Positions 46,003 through 55,796 of a stretch of DNA of 64,000 nt are shown in pieces. The notes under the pieces are model-generated. The model ran no database searches. It was not told where the DNA came from and was given only the letters and a program-made list of their open reading frames with translations. The first letter of the stretch is position 1, and every line of letters starts with the position of its first letter. A program made the position numbers and the translations under genes. This DNA is from Bacteroidota bacterium (GTDB lineage: Bacteria; Bacteroidota; Ignavibacteria; UBA10030; SZUA-254): the NCBI GenBank assembly GCA_036522515.1, contig DATDFQ010000041.1, positions 65,498-129,497 on the forward strand. Reading direction: 5' to 3'.

Positions 46003-48831
46003 TTATTCCCCCCCTCCAGCCTGTGCAAACCTCACCTTCCACGAGATCGAATTCTTCTTCCCGATCGTAAAGTTCAATTTCACCACCTCGCCCGAGACGC
46101 TCGTCGTGTCGCACCTGACCGGCGACACGACCCCCTTGAACTCGAATCCCTGAGGAACAAACACGATCGCGGAATACGCGCCGGCGACCAGATTTCCCGA
46201 CGTGACGGAAAGAATATGCGTCGAGGGGTTCCACTCTTCGTATGCGAGATCGACCGCCCCCTGCGTGATGTGCCTCGACGTAGAAAGAATGAACGGCCGT
46301 TTCAGCTTCTCATGGATCGAAAAGATTTGCGAGGAGGTCGGTTTTAACCTGTAACTGCTTTTGTTGCGGAATTCTCCCGCATACCGGTCGCCCCAGAGTT
46401 CGTACGCCACATAGGTCTTGGCGGGCGAAAGCCCGAGCTGAGCCGTCTCGATCGCGACATCCGATTCATCGTTCGACCAGTTGAATAACCCCACGACATT
46501 CCATTTCTCGAACTCCTTCTCCACTCCGAGGTTCCAGATCGAAGGAAGCGTGAGTTGCCGGATGCTGTAAAATCCTCCGGGTCCGCCCCCGTCATAGGCG
46601 CGAACCGCGATTGTGTTCTCGCCCTCCCAGTTCATGAGGGCCTCCGGAATCGTGTAGATGCGGAACGAAGTCCAGTCCGTGACATACCCGGGCGGGAGTG
46701 TGCCGCTCTTGCCGACCAGCGTCCCGTTCAGGTAGGTCTCGTCGCAGTCGTCGATCCTCCCGAGGTAAAGCTTCATCGGCCCGTGTTTCCAACCCGCCGG
46801 GACCGAAAACTTGACGCGGTACCAGGCGAACCCGTCCAGGCCTGTGTATCCTGCATCTTCCCAACGGGAGGGTATACTGATTTCCTTCCATTGCGCGTCG
46901 TCGAAGCCCGGGTCTTTCCGGGCCATCGAATCGCCGGGCGAGAACATCCATTGATCCGGAAGAGGAATCGAGCCGTCCCCCTCCGCCGGACGGAGCGTCA
47001 ATCCGCTCTCCTTCGGTTCGCTGAGCAGATCGACGGGCCTGGCCCCCCGGTCATAGACGGGAAGCGTCATCCTGAGAAGGTCCACCCGGTCGGCGGGTAA
47101 GGATGCGAGTCTATCGCTCAGAAGATTCATCTGTCCTGAAAGCGAGACGACGGCCGCCCAGGCGCGCGCCTGATCGACGGTCAGCGGATCGCGTACAACC
47201 AGACAGTCGGGGTCATCGTCCCAGACCGCGCGATGATAGAACCATCGGGTAGCGGCGGCTTTGACGCAGGGAGTGATCCCTCCCCAGCCCGCATAGACGT
47301 CGCCTCCGATGCGCATACCGTCGACGATTCCGATCGACGGACCGATCGGCGCTCCGCACCCGAGAATGAATTTGTCAGAGCCGCACCCCCGGCGGATCGC
47401 CTGGAGGCCCATCTGGTACGCCTGCGTCGCGCTCACCTGCCGCGAGTACCGGCCCGCCTCCCCGGGAAAATAGAGGAAGTCGATCTTCACGTAATCGTAT
47501 CCCCACGCGTTCGTAATTCTGTAAAACAGATTCTCGAGCCAGAGCTGCACCTCCTTTTTCGTGGGATCGAGGCTGTAAATCCTTCCGCCCCACCAGTCGT
47601 TGGCGAAGAATTGCTTCAGGGTGTCTCCCGCGTCCCGCAGCAGCCAGTCGCGATGCTCCTTGAAGACCGAGCTGCTCTCGGCGACCGCAAACGGAGCCAC
47701 CCAGAGGCCGGCCAGAAAACCCTTCTGGTGAATCTGGTTGACGAGCCATTCGTGACCGTGGGGAAACCGGTCGTTCGTATTCCAATCCCCCGCCGCGATC
47801 TGGTACCCGTCATCGATCTGAATCGTCCGGAGTCCGGCCTGCTTCAGATCCTTCGCCGCGAGATTCAGGTTTTCAAGAATGCTGTCCTCGGAGATATGCT
47901 GATAATAGTAGTACCAGGAACACCAGCCCGCGGGAACACGCGGGGTTGCGGCCCCGCTGCCCGTAGATTTGCCCGCGGGAGTGAACGGTTTGTTCACAGA
48001 CGGAGCGAACATCTGGAGATACTCGCCGTACCTCTGCAGGTTGTCGAGAGGCGACGCGTCGAAGGCGATAATCATCCGGTCGGAACGCGCCTCGCTCCCC
48101 GGGGGAATCGCCAGGGGGCTCAATTCGGACGTGGAGGAGATCTGAATCTGACCTGTTTCCATCGCCATCGGTGTAGTCGTGATGGAATTCGTCGCCAGGG
48201 AGTTGGTGACGAATCCGATCAAAAGGGAGGAATACACCTCCGGCTCGTCGAAAAGAGTCGACCAGTAGCTCGTGTTCCGATTCGCCGAGTCGAGTCTGAC
48301 GACATCGCAGTTACTCCACGACTGGTAGCCGTTGACGTGCATCAGGACCCTGTTCGTATCGAACCCGAGGTATCCTGCGCCCCCGACATCGAGGATGTGA
48401 AACCTGGACGGGCGCCACTCTGAGGAAGTCTTGTTTGCGGCGGTGGCGGAAAGGCCGAGAATCTTCTTGTTGTCGTAGAGGTCTAACGTTATCGCCCAAC
48501 CGGCCTCTGGACCCTCGGCACGCATGACGATCCTCCTCCCTTTCCCGATCTCGTCCGAAAACTCGTCCGTCTTTGTCGTCACCGGCGCCTGTTCCCCGCT
48601 CAGGATCAATGAATCGCGGTCGCGAAACGCGAGGCTGACCGTCGCTCCGGCGATCGCGACCCTCCATGCGTCCCCCTGGCGCTCGAACAGGCTCCATGTC
48701 TTCGAATTCGGGTCGAGGAGAATCTTCAGGAGTCCGTTATCGGTCTGGACCGGCCTCGTAATCTGCGCGGGCGCCTGAGAAGCAATGCTGCACAACAGAT
48801 AGAGGAGGATTATCGGTTTCTTCATGCTCAC
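46003..48831 (-). CDS. secreted alpha-galactosidase (GH36/GH27 melibiase-type catalytic domain) with C-terminal galactose-binding-like jelly-roll
   Basis: Signal peptide; CSWYYYYQHISEDSILENL...IQIDDGYQ...WVAPF alpha-galactosidase motifs; C-terminal GH2-N-like sugar-binding domain. Confidence 0.65.
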   Translation of the reverse strand: MSMKKPIILLYLLCSIASQAPAQITRPVQTDNGLLKILLDPNSKTWSLFERQGDAWRVAIAGATVSLAFRDRDSLILSGEQAPVTTKTDEFSDEIGKGRRIVMRAEGPEAGWAITLDLYDNKKILGLSATAANKTSSEWRPSRFHILDVGGAGYLGFDTNRVLMHVNGYQSWSNCDVVRLDSANRNTSYWSTLFDEPEVYSSLLIGFVTNSLATNSITTTPMAMETGQIQISSTSELSPLAIPPGSEARSDRMIIAFDASPLDNLQRYGEYLQMFAPSVNKPFTPAGKSTGSGAATPRVPAGWCSWYYYYQHISEDSILENLNLAAKDLKQAGLRTIQIDDGYQIAAGDWNTNDRFPHGHEWLVNQIHQKGFLAGLWVAPFAVAESSSVFKEHRDWLLRDAGDTLKQFFANDWWGGRIYSLDPTKKEVQLWLENLFYRITNAWGYDYVKIDFLYFPGEAGRYSRQVSATQAYQMGLQAIRRGCGSDKFILGCGAPIGPSIGIVDGMRIGGDVYAGWGGITPCVKAAATRWFYHRAVWDDDPDCLVVRDPLTVDQARAWAAVVSLSGQMNLLSDRLASLPADRVDLLRMTLPVYDRGARPVDLLSEPKESGLTLRPAEGDGSIPLPDQWMFSPGDSMARKDPGFDDAQWKEISIPSRWEDAGYTGLDGFAWYRVKFSVPAGWKHGPMKLYLGRIDDCDETYLNGTLVGKSGTLPPGYVTDWTSFRIYTIPEALMNWEGENTIAVRAYDGGGPGGFYSIRQLTLPSIWNLGVEKEFEKWNVVGLFNWSNDESDVAIETAQLGLSPAKTYVAYELWGDRYAGEFRNKSSYRLKPTSSQIFSIHEKLKRPFILSTSRHITQGAVDLAYEEWNPSTHILSVTSGNLVAGAYSAIVFVPQGFEFKGVVSPVRCDTTSVSGEVVKLNFTIGKKNSISWKVRFAQAGGGE

Positions 48832-48843
48832 CTGATGAAAGTG

Positions 48844-51800
48844 TCAGAACGAGATTTTCAATGTCACGATGGAATTCTTCTTCGTCGGCACCGAGACGGT
48901 GTTTTTCACGGGAGCGATCACCGTACCGTCTTCCTCAAGGAAATTCGAAACGACGACCTTCTTCGGATTCCGGGGCAGGGTCAGTTGGGCCTGTCCACCC
49001 TCTCCGCCGGCATCGTACCACTGAACGATCCATGCCTCCGAGTCTTCCGCCTTCTTGATCTCGGTCAGAACCAGGTTGGACGGGCTGAGAGTCACGAAGG
49101 AATTGGACCCAGGGAGCGTTCCCTTATGCGCTTCGCCGATCGTCGCGATAAGCGGATTATTGTACTCGTATCCCCGCTGCACCGTTTGCGCCTCTCTCCA
49201 GCCGCCCTTATGCGGATAGAGGGAGTACTCGATCGTGTGCTTGCCGCGGTCTGCGGTGGGATCCGGCCAGACCGGCGAGCGGAGGAGCGAAAGCCGCATG
49301 ACGCTTCCCTTGATATCATAGCCATACTTGGACTTGTTCAGCAGGCTGATGCCGTACTGCCCGTCGGACAAGTCGGCCCACCGTTGCGCCGCAACCTCGA
49401 CTTTCGCGCTGTCCCAACTGTTGCGGAATTGCGTCGAGCGGCGAATGGTCCCGTACGGAATCTCGTACGTGGCCGCCGTGTCTTTCACCGTCACCGGGAA
49501 GGCCACCTTGATCATCGTCTTCTCTTCCCACCAATCCGCGTCGGTCTTGAAATCGATGCGGTCCACGCCCCGGTAGAGCATGATTTCCTGCGAGAAAAAC
49601 GAAGAGGGATACTCGGGCGTCGGCGGGTCCTTTCGGACCCCCGGCTTGAGATAATCCCTTACGATCCTGATGGACGCGCGGACCGGGCCCGACTCGGCAA
49701 CCTCGATCGATCGAAGTTTTGTCGGATATTTCACGCCGGTGAGCCCGATGTTCCAGGCGTCCCATGCGCGCGGTTTGTCCTCCAGCAACTGAACCTCGCC
49801 CCCGAAACCTGCGAGGAGTTCCTTGTTGTTCCGCTTGTCGACAATGCTCTTCACCCACCCGGAATCCGGATCGATCGTGACGCGGAAGAATTCGTTTTCG
49901 AGCGACGTCCGCGTGACGGCGAGCGCGGACGCGGCGGCGGCCGGTTTCTGTTTGCGCATCTCATAGAGCTTGTACCCGAGGGAGGGGATCTGTTCCGCCT
50001 TGAAGAGGATTTCGCGCGAGTATTTTCCGGTCCGGAGCGCCTGCGAAGGGATCTCCTTTCCCGCCATATCATACAGGGCGTACTCCGCGTTGTCGCCTTC
50101 GGGTAGCTGGACCGTTCCGATATCGTTCCGCTCCCAGGAGAGCGCATTGAACACAATGACCGGCAGGGCTTTTTTGACTGCCGACGTATTCACCTGGCGT
50201 GAGATCTGATGGATCGATTTGTTCAGCTCGACGTTCCCGATCGCCCCGGCCGCTTTGTACTTCTCCGCCGCGTCGATGTAGTTCTCGCGAATGCCCGACC
50301 CCGGCAGGAGATCGTGGAACTGGTTGAACAGCACGTTTCTCCACGCTTCTTCAAGATCGTTGCGGTTGTAGGAGCCCCCCGACATGGTCGCGATGGTGGA
50401 AAATTTCTCCGCGTTCGTGAGGAGCGCCTCCTCCCGGCGATTCGACTCTTTCATCTTCGCCTGCGTGGTATAGGTCCCCTGGTGATACTCCAGGTATAAC
50501 TCGTCGTTCCAGACCGGCAGTTTCGACAGGTCGCCCTTGCGGAGCCAATCGAGATATCCGGAAGCGGTTCCGTTCTCGATCGTGGGAAAAATGTCGAGCG
50601 TCTTGAGATGCTCGATCCTGTCGAGCATTTCGTTCGAAGGACCCCCGCCGTGGTCGCCTACGCCGAACAGGATCAGCATTTTCCGCACACCCGAGTTCGC
50701 CTCAAACTGCCGGAGCTGGTCGACGGTGCGGACCGGGTCGTTCACTTCGTTGACATAATCGAACGGAAAGTAGCAGAGGACGCGGGAGCCGTCGGGTGAT
50801 TCCCACCAGAAAAGATGATAGGGGAAGATGTTCTGCTCGCTCCACCCCATCTTCTGGGTGATAAACGCGTCGACCCCCGCGTTGGCATAGAATTCCGGCA
50901 TGTTCCAGTTATACCCGAACGAATCGGGGTTCCAGCCGATCTTCACCTTCGTCCCGAACTTCTTCGCGAAATACCTGGTCGAATAGAGAAGATGATGCAT
51001 CCACGACTCTCCGCTCGGGAGATTGCAGTCGGGCTCGACCCACATCCCTCCGACGACCTCCCACCGGCCGTCCTTCACGCGCTGTTGCATTCTCGCGAAC
51101 ACGTCGGGAGAGAGGCGCTCCATCCAGTCGTAGTACGCCGCGGCGCTCTGGGTGTAGGTAAAATCGGGGCGCGCATCCATCATGTTCAGCACCGAGGTGA
51201 AGGTGTTCTTGCACACTTCGATCGTCTCCTTGTCCCGCCACAGCCACGCCGCGTCGATGTGCGCGTTGGCGTCAAAATAAAGCGTGAACTGTTTCGCGAA
51301 CGTCCCGATCGGTTGCATCTGGGCACGCGCCGCCTCGAGCGAGGCGGTAAATTTGTCGACCGTACCGGCCGCGAGGGCGTCGAGATCGACCCGCCCGGCC
51401 AGGGACTGAAGGAGATCGTTCAATTTCGTTTTTTCACCCTTGTCGAGAGTCGATTTATCGATCGAGTGATCCTCCCTCTTGTGCGCGTTGGTCTGGTAGG
51501 TGTCGAAGCTGACGAGTTTCTGGCCGACCTGAAGGCTCATCGAAAAATCCTCGAGCTTCTGATGAAACGGCTTCATTTCGTCGGTCTCCACCCGTGCGCG
51601 GATGAGCCGGAGAGGCCCGCCCGTGTTGATCGCTTTGATCGCGATCAGGAACTTCTCGCCGGGTTTTGCATCCCTGGTGATTTCAAATTCCCCATCCCAG
51701 GGAAAATAGCCCTTGCTCTGGCCGTTCACCCAGAGATAACCGTAATCGTCGACCGAAACGAGGAACTTGAGCGGTCCTTTCACGGGGCGGCCGAGGATCC

Positions 51801-52107
51801 GGTCCGGCAGGACAATTTCTTTTCTGATCCAGCAGGAATCGGGATAGATCAGCTGGTCGAGCTTGAGAACCTCCCATTTTGAATCGTCGAACCCCGCCTT
51901 CGTGGGATCGCCGGTCATCGACCGGAGGCTTTTCAGGTCGGGGCTCACCTTCCAATCGTTGAAGGAAATTGTCCCGAGTGAATCGAGAGCCCTGACGACC
52001 TTGTCGACGTTCGTTTGTGCCCGCGTCCCGGCGGCAACGGCTGGAACAGAAACCACCAGCGTGACGCAAAGGCAGATTGTAGCGTGAAAAATTCCCTGCT
52101 GTCTCAT
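48844..52107 (-). CDS. glycoside hydrolase family 38 alpha-mannosidase
   Basis: GGMWVEPDCNLPSGES ... WNPDSFGYN GH38 core; 1087 aa with signal peptide. Confidence 0.8.
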   Translation of the reverse strand: MRQQGIFHATICLCVTLVVSVPAVAAGTRAQTNVDKVVRALDSLGTISFNDWKVSPDLKSLRSMTGDPTKAGFDDSKWEVLKLDQLIYPDSCWIRKEIVLPDRILGRPVKGPLKFLVSVDDYGYLWVNGQSKGYFPWDGEFEITRDAKPGEKFLIAIKAINTGGPLRLIRARVETDEMKPFHQKLEDFSMSLQVGQKLVSFDTYQTNAHKREDHSIDKSTLDKGEKTKLNDLLQSLAGRVDLDALAAGTVDKFTASLEAARAQMQPIGTFAKQFTLYFDANAHIDAAWLWRDKETIEVCKNTFTSVLNMMDARPDFTYTQSAAAYYDWMERLSPDVFARMQQRVKDGRWEVVGGMWVEPDCNLPSGESWMHHLLYSTRYFAKKFGTKVKIGWNPDSFGYNWNMPEFYANAGVDAFITQKMGWSEQNIFPYHLFWWESPDGSRVLCYFPFDYVNEVNDPVRTVDQLRQFEANSGVRKMLILFGVGDHGGGPSNEMLDRIEHLKTLDIFPTIENGTASGYLDWLRKGDLSKLPVWNDELYLEYHQGTYTTQAKMKESNRREEALLTNAEKFSTIATMSGGSYNRNDLEEAWRNVLFNQFHDLLPGSGIRENYIDAAEKYKAAGAIGNVELNKSIHQISRQVNTSAVKKALPVIVFNALSWERNDIGTVQLPEGDNAEYALYDMAGKEIPSQALRTGKYSREILFKAEQIPSLGYKLYEMRKQKPAAAASALAVTRTSLENEFFRVTIDPDSGWVKSIVDKRNNKELLAGFGGEVQLLEDKPRAWDAWNIGLTGVKYPTKLRSIEVAESGPVRASIRIVRDYLKPGVRKDPPTPEYPSSFFSQEIMLYRGVDRIDFKTDADWWEEKTMIKVAFPVTVKDTAATYEIPYGTIRRSTQFRNSWDSAKVEVAAQRWADLSDGQYGISLLNKSKYGYDIKGSVMRLSLLRSPVWPDPTADRGKHTIEYSLYPHKGGWREAQTVQRGYEYNNPLIATIGEAHKGTLPGSNSFVTLSPSNLVLTEIKKAEDSEAWIVQWYDAGGEGGQAQLTLPRNPKKVVVSNFLEEDGTVIAPVKNTVSVPTKKNSIVTLKISF

Positions 52108-52133
52108 GGTCGTTCTCCTGAGTTCTGAGGTCT

Positions 52134-54155
52134 CTACTTGATTTCTTGAAGATACATGCGGATCAACGCCCCTTCCGGAGCATCGGGCTTAAGCCGGAGA
52201 TATTTTTCCCAGTAGATTTTCATCTGCCCATGTTCGCCCAGGTTGCGGTAACACTCTCCCGCCATAAAGTACCCTCTTGCGAACGTGGGGTCGAGTGCGA
52301 TCGCATGCAAAAATGCGGGCAGCGCGTCGCGGTACGACTTCTTGCCCTCAACATAGTACTCACCCATATATTCATTCGCAAACACTGAAGCGGAATCGAT
52401 CGCGATCGCTTTCTTCATGGTTTCGATGGCCTCGTCGTATCTTTTCTGATTCGCATACATGATGCCGAGATCCATGTAGACTGCCATGATTTTTGTGCCG
52501 TATGCAACCGCCTTTTCATAGCAGCGTCCCTGGTTTTGCCGGTCCCCGAGCCTGGCGTAGATCTGTGCGGCTGCGGCCCAGATTCTGCCGTTCGTGGAGT
52601 CAACCCGCAAATAGCGCTCCAACCAATCCCGCGCATGTTCGTTGTCTTTCCGGTCGCGGTAGTACCCCGCCATCACATCGCAGGCGTCTGCGACCGCGCT
52701 TTTGCCCCAGAACCGTTGGTCCTGGAGGAGACCGAACCGTTCGATGGACCGGCTCTCGCTTGAATTGATTCCGATCCATGCCGCGGTATGGATCATCGAT
52801 ATTGCGATCATGGGAACCATGAGGCGCTGTCTCAGATTCCGCTGTTCAACGAACGATGTCCATGCATAGCCCGCCACGAGAACGGCGCCGAGGTTGAATG
52901 TCGCCAGCAGGTCCCAGTCCCGGCTGACGCCGAGGTCTGAGTTCACCACGAACGTGAAGAACAGGCCGCACAGCATGAGAACGGAGAGAAAAACCCATAC
53001 CTCCTCTCTTGAAAGCATCCTCTTCCATCGGGTGACGATGAAACCGGCCAACAAAACCGCTGCAAACGGTGAGAGGAGGAGGTGCAGGTTTGCAAGGTCG
53101 ATCGCATGGCTGGGCGAGAAGAGAGTGTAGGCCTGCCAGTTGTTCGTGAGTGTCGCGATCGGAAGAATATGTCCTTCGCTGTGAAGGAACACATCGAAGA
53201 AGGATGGAATAGTATAACCGCACAACCATAAGAGCACCCCTGCCGTCGCTGCCATCGCCACAATCGAGATCGGCACTGAAAGGATCTTACCCTTGCGCCA
53301 GCTCTGGTACCAGAGGAACACCATTCCCGGCAGGAGACAGATCATGCCGAAATGGACCACGAACATCGCCCCGTAGACGATCGAGGGGATGAGGAGCGGT
53401 GCTCCCCCGCGGAGGTACGAGACCGCCGAAGCGGCAAACAGGAGCAGGGCAAAGTAAAGGGGAGCGTAATTCTCGACATATCCGAAAAAGAGTTGGGTCC
53501 CCGCTGCGGCGAGAATGAACCCCCCGAAGAGGAGCGCGTCCACCCCGTCTTTAAAAAGCTTTTTTGCCAGCCAGAAGATCGCACAAACACTCCCCAGGCC
53601 GTAGGCGATGCTGATGAGCTGCACGGCAATCACGTTGCTCTGGCTGACATTCCAGGAGCTCAGGAGCTGGAACACATTCCAGTCGAGGTATCCCGCGAAC
53701 GGTTCATTCTTAAAGAGCCGCGCGATGTCATCCGGCCCCCTGATGTGGCCCATGGTGCCCGTGATGAGATATCCGTCGCCAAGCAGGAAAGCTCTCTCCC
53801 TCCCGAACCAGCAGAGCGCGGCGAAGCCCGCGAGTATCAGTCCCTTCGGAACGAGCTTCCCCGGACGGAGCAGGCGGACAGGTAGTCCCTGCAGGATGCG
53901 AAGCGCCGACTCCTGGACCGAAGGAACCAGAAAGAGGAACATCCCCGCGACCGCAGTCGCCATCGCCCAGAGCGGGTAAAAACCAAGGAGATGAAAGCCC
54001 CAATTGGAGGCGGAGGGTGTGAGGGCAGCGACGACATGAAGGAGAACGATAACCGCCGCTGCGATGCTGACGCTCAGGGGGAGAGACAGCACACCGGGGC
54101 GCTGGAGCGGCGCCTCCTGTGCCGCGGTCTTATCCTTGACGGCGTTCTTGGCCAC
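52134..54155 (-). CDS. polytopic membrane protein with C-terminal TPR repeats (DUF2723 / PMT-like glycosyltransferase family candidate)
   Basis: About 12 TM helices followed by TPR-like repeats (AAQIYARLGD ... YEKAVAYGTK ... YANQKRYDEAIETMKKAIAID). Confidence 0.5.
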   Translation of the reverse strand: MAKNAVKDKTAAQEAPLQRPGVLSLPLSVSIAAAVIVLLHVVAALTPSASNWGFHLLGFYPLWAMATAVAGMFLFLVPSVQESALRILQGLPVRLLRPGKLVPKGLILAGFAALCWFGRERAFLLGDGYLITGTMGHIRGPDDIARLFKNEPFAGYLDWNVFQLLSSWNVSQSNVIAVQLISIAYGLGSVCAIFWLAKKLFKDGVDALLFGGFILAAAGTQLFFGYVENYAPLYFALLLFAASAVSYLRGGAPLLIPSIVYGAMFVVHFGMICLLPGMVFLWYQSWRKGKILSVPISIVAMAATAGVLLWLCGYTIPSFFDVFLHSEGHILPIATLTNNWQAYTLFSPSHAIDLANLHLLLSPFAAVLLAGFIVTRWKRMLSREEVWVFLSVLMLCGLFFTFVVNSDLGVSRDWDLLATFNLGAVLVAGYAWTSFVEQRNLRQRLMVPMIAISMIHTAAWIGINSSESRSIERFGLLQDQRFWGKSAVADACDVMAGYYRDRKDNEHARDWLERYLRVDSTNGRIWAAAAQIYARLGDRQNQGRCYEKAVAYGTKIMAVYMDLGIMYANQKRYDEAIETMKKAIAIDSASVFANEYMGEYYVEGKKSYRDALPAFLHAIALDPTFARGYFMAGECYRNLGEHGQMKIYWEKYLRLKPDAPEGALIRMYLQEIK

Positions 54156-54184
54156 TCGGTCTCATGGGAGGAGCAGTGGACGAC

Positions 54185-54775
54185 TCAGAACAGGAAGATG
54201 TGAAGACCGATGACCAGCCGGAGGCCGCCAAAATCGCCCGCCAGCTCGTTCCGGTGAGAGCGGCGGTAGTCGTAAATCAAATCGGCATAAAGCGAGGCCT
54301 CGCCGCTCTCCATGATTTGCTCGGCCCCGATCCCGGCAAAATAACCGAGTTTCTTGTCGGCCTCGACCTCCTGCCCCCCCGAACGCGGACTTTCATACTT
54401 TTGCTTGATCGTCGCGAAGTTCACTCCCGCCGAGGCGCGGATAAACAGCAGCCTTCCGACCTGCTGTTTATGCAGAAGCCCGACATGAATGATATTTTCC
54501 TCGAATGACGCGGAGCTGTCGATTTGCGGATCGAGCGTCACAGACGCGCGGAAGATCCCGAGGTCTCCGTCAAGAAATACGAATCCGCCCAGGGGGATCG
54601 AGACTCCGGCGCCCCAGATAGCTTCGGAATTTGACTTATACAAATCGTGAAACTGATCGTTCGACGGAAAGAAGAGGCCGCCGTACAGTTTAAAAATGAA
54701 AGGCTGCTGCTGAGCGTCCGATTGCGCGGGCCGCACAAAAAAAAGCGCGAGCAGCACCACGGTTGATATCTTCAT
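54185..54775 (-). CDS. small outer-membrane beta-barrel protein
   Basis: Signal peptide MKISTVVLLALFFVRPAQS; amphipathic beta-strand pattern; C-terminal aromatic residue. Confidence 0.45.
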   Translation of the reverse strand: MKISTVVLLALFFVRPAQSDAQQQPFIFKLYGGLFFPSNDQFHDLYKSNSEAIWGAGVSIPLGGFVFLDGDLGIFRASVTLDPQIDSSASFEENIIHVGLLHKQQVGRLLFIRASAGVNFATIKQKYESPRSGGQEVEADKKLGYFAGIGAEQIMESGEASLYADLIYDYRRSHRNELAGDFGGLRLVIGLHIFLF

Positions 54776-54815
54776 GATGGAATCACCTTTATATGGCTGA
54801 AATCAAATACTGGAA

Positions 54816-55796
54816 TCACGCACTGATCTGCTTCCTCAGTTGATCGAACAGGACCGCCATCAGAATCACGGCCCCGAGGACGACCATCTGAACATACGAT
54901 CCGACATTGAGGAGGTTCAATCCGTTCCGGAGGACTCCGATCAGCATCGCCCCGATGAAGGTGCCTGCGATCGACCCCCTCCCCCCGAATAAACTCGTCC
55001 CGCCCACCACAACCGCGGCAATCACGTCGAGCTCGTACATCAGCCCCGCGTTCGGTTGGCCGGAATTCATGCGCGATGCGAGAAGGATGCCGCTCAGTGC
55101 GGCAAGAAATCCGCATATGATATAGACGGTCATGATCACGCGGCTCGTGTTGATGCCGGAGAGTCTCGCCGCCTCGGGATTTCCGCCCACGGCGTACACA
55201 TACCTGCCGAATCTTGTCTTATGGAGGGTGAGATAAGCGGCGACGTAGACGCCGATCATGACGAGTGACGGGACCGGGACATTAAGGATCCTCTTGCTGC
55301 CCAGGAAGCCGAACTCTTCCGGCAATCCCCAGATGGGCCTCCCGTCGGTGTACATGAAAGCGGCCCCCCGCACGATCGTCATGAGCGCAAGCGTGACGAT
55401 GAAGGGCGTAATCCTGAACCTCGTGATGAAGACTCCGGCAATGGAACCCGAGAGCACGCCCGCCAGGAGCCCGCATACTATCGCCGCAGAAAAGGCCAGG
55501 GCGGGCGGGAGCGGAGATTTCAACACGCTTGTGGCGACCACGCCGCTGAACGCCACAAGCGCCCCGACCGAGAGGTCGATTCCCGCGGTCAGAATCACGA
55601 ACGTCATTCCTACTGCGATGATCGCCGTGATCGACGTCTGGAGGGAAACATTCAGGATGTTGTCGGCAGTGAAGAAATAGGGCGAGAGCTGCGAAAAAAG
55701 GAGTATCTCCGCCAGGAGGGCTATGCCGATCCCGAACTCGCCCGTAATCTTCGCAAAGAGCCTTCCGGGGGTACCGGCCCTCACTTCATCCGGCAT
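54816..55796 (-). CDS. sugar ABC transporter permease (RbsC/AraH family)
   Basis: 10-TM branched-chain/ribose-type permease signature. Confidence 0.8.
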   Translation of the reverse strand: MPDEVRAGTPGRLFAKITGEFGIGIALLAEILLFSQLSPYFFTADNILNVSLQTSITAIIAVGMTFVILTAGIDLSVGALVAFSGVVATSVLKSPLPPALAFSAAIVCGLLAGVLSGSIAGVFITRFRITPFIVTLALMTIVRGAAFMYTDGRPIWGLPEEFGFLGSKRILNVPVPSLVMIGVYVAAYLTLHKTRFGRYVYAVGGNPEAARLSGINTSRVIMTVYIICGFLAALSGILLASRMNSGQPNAGLMYELDVIAAVVVGGTSLFGGRGSIAGTFIGAMLIGVLRNGLNLLNVGSYVQMVVLGAVILMAVLFDQLRKQISA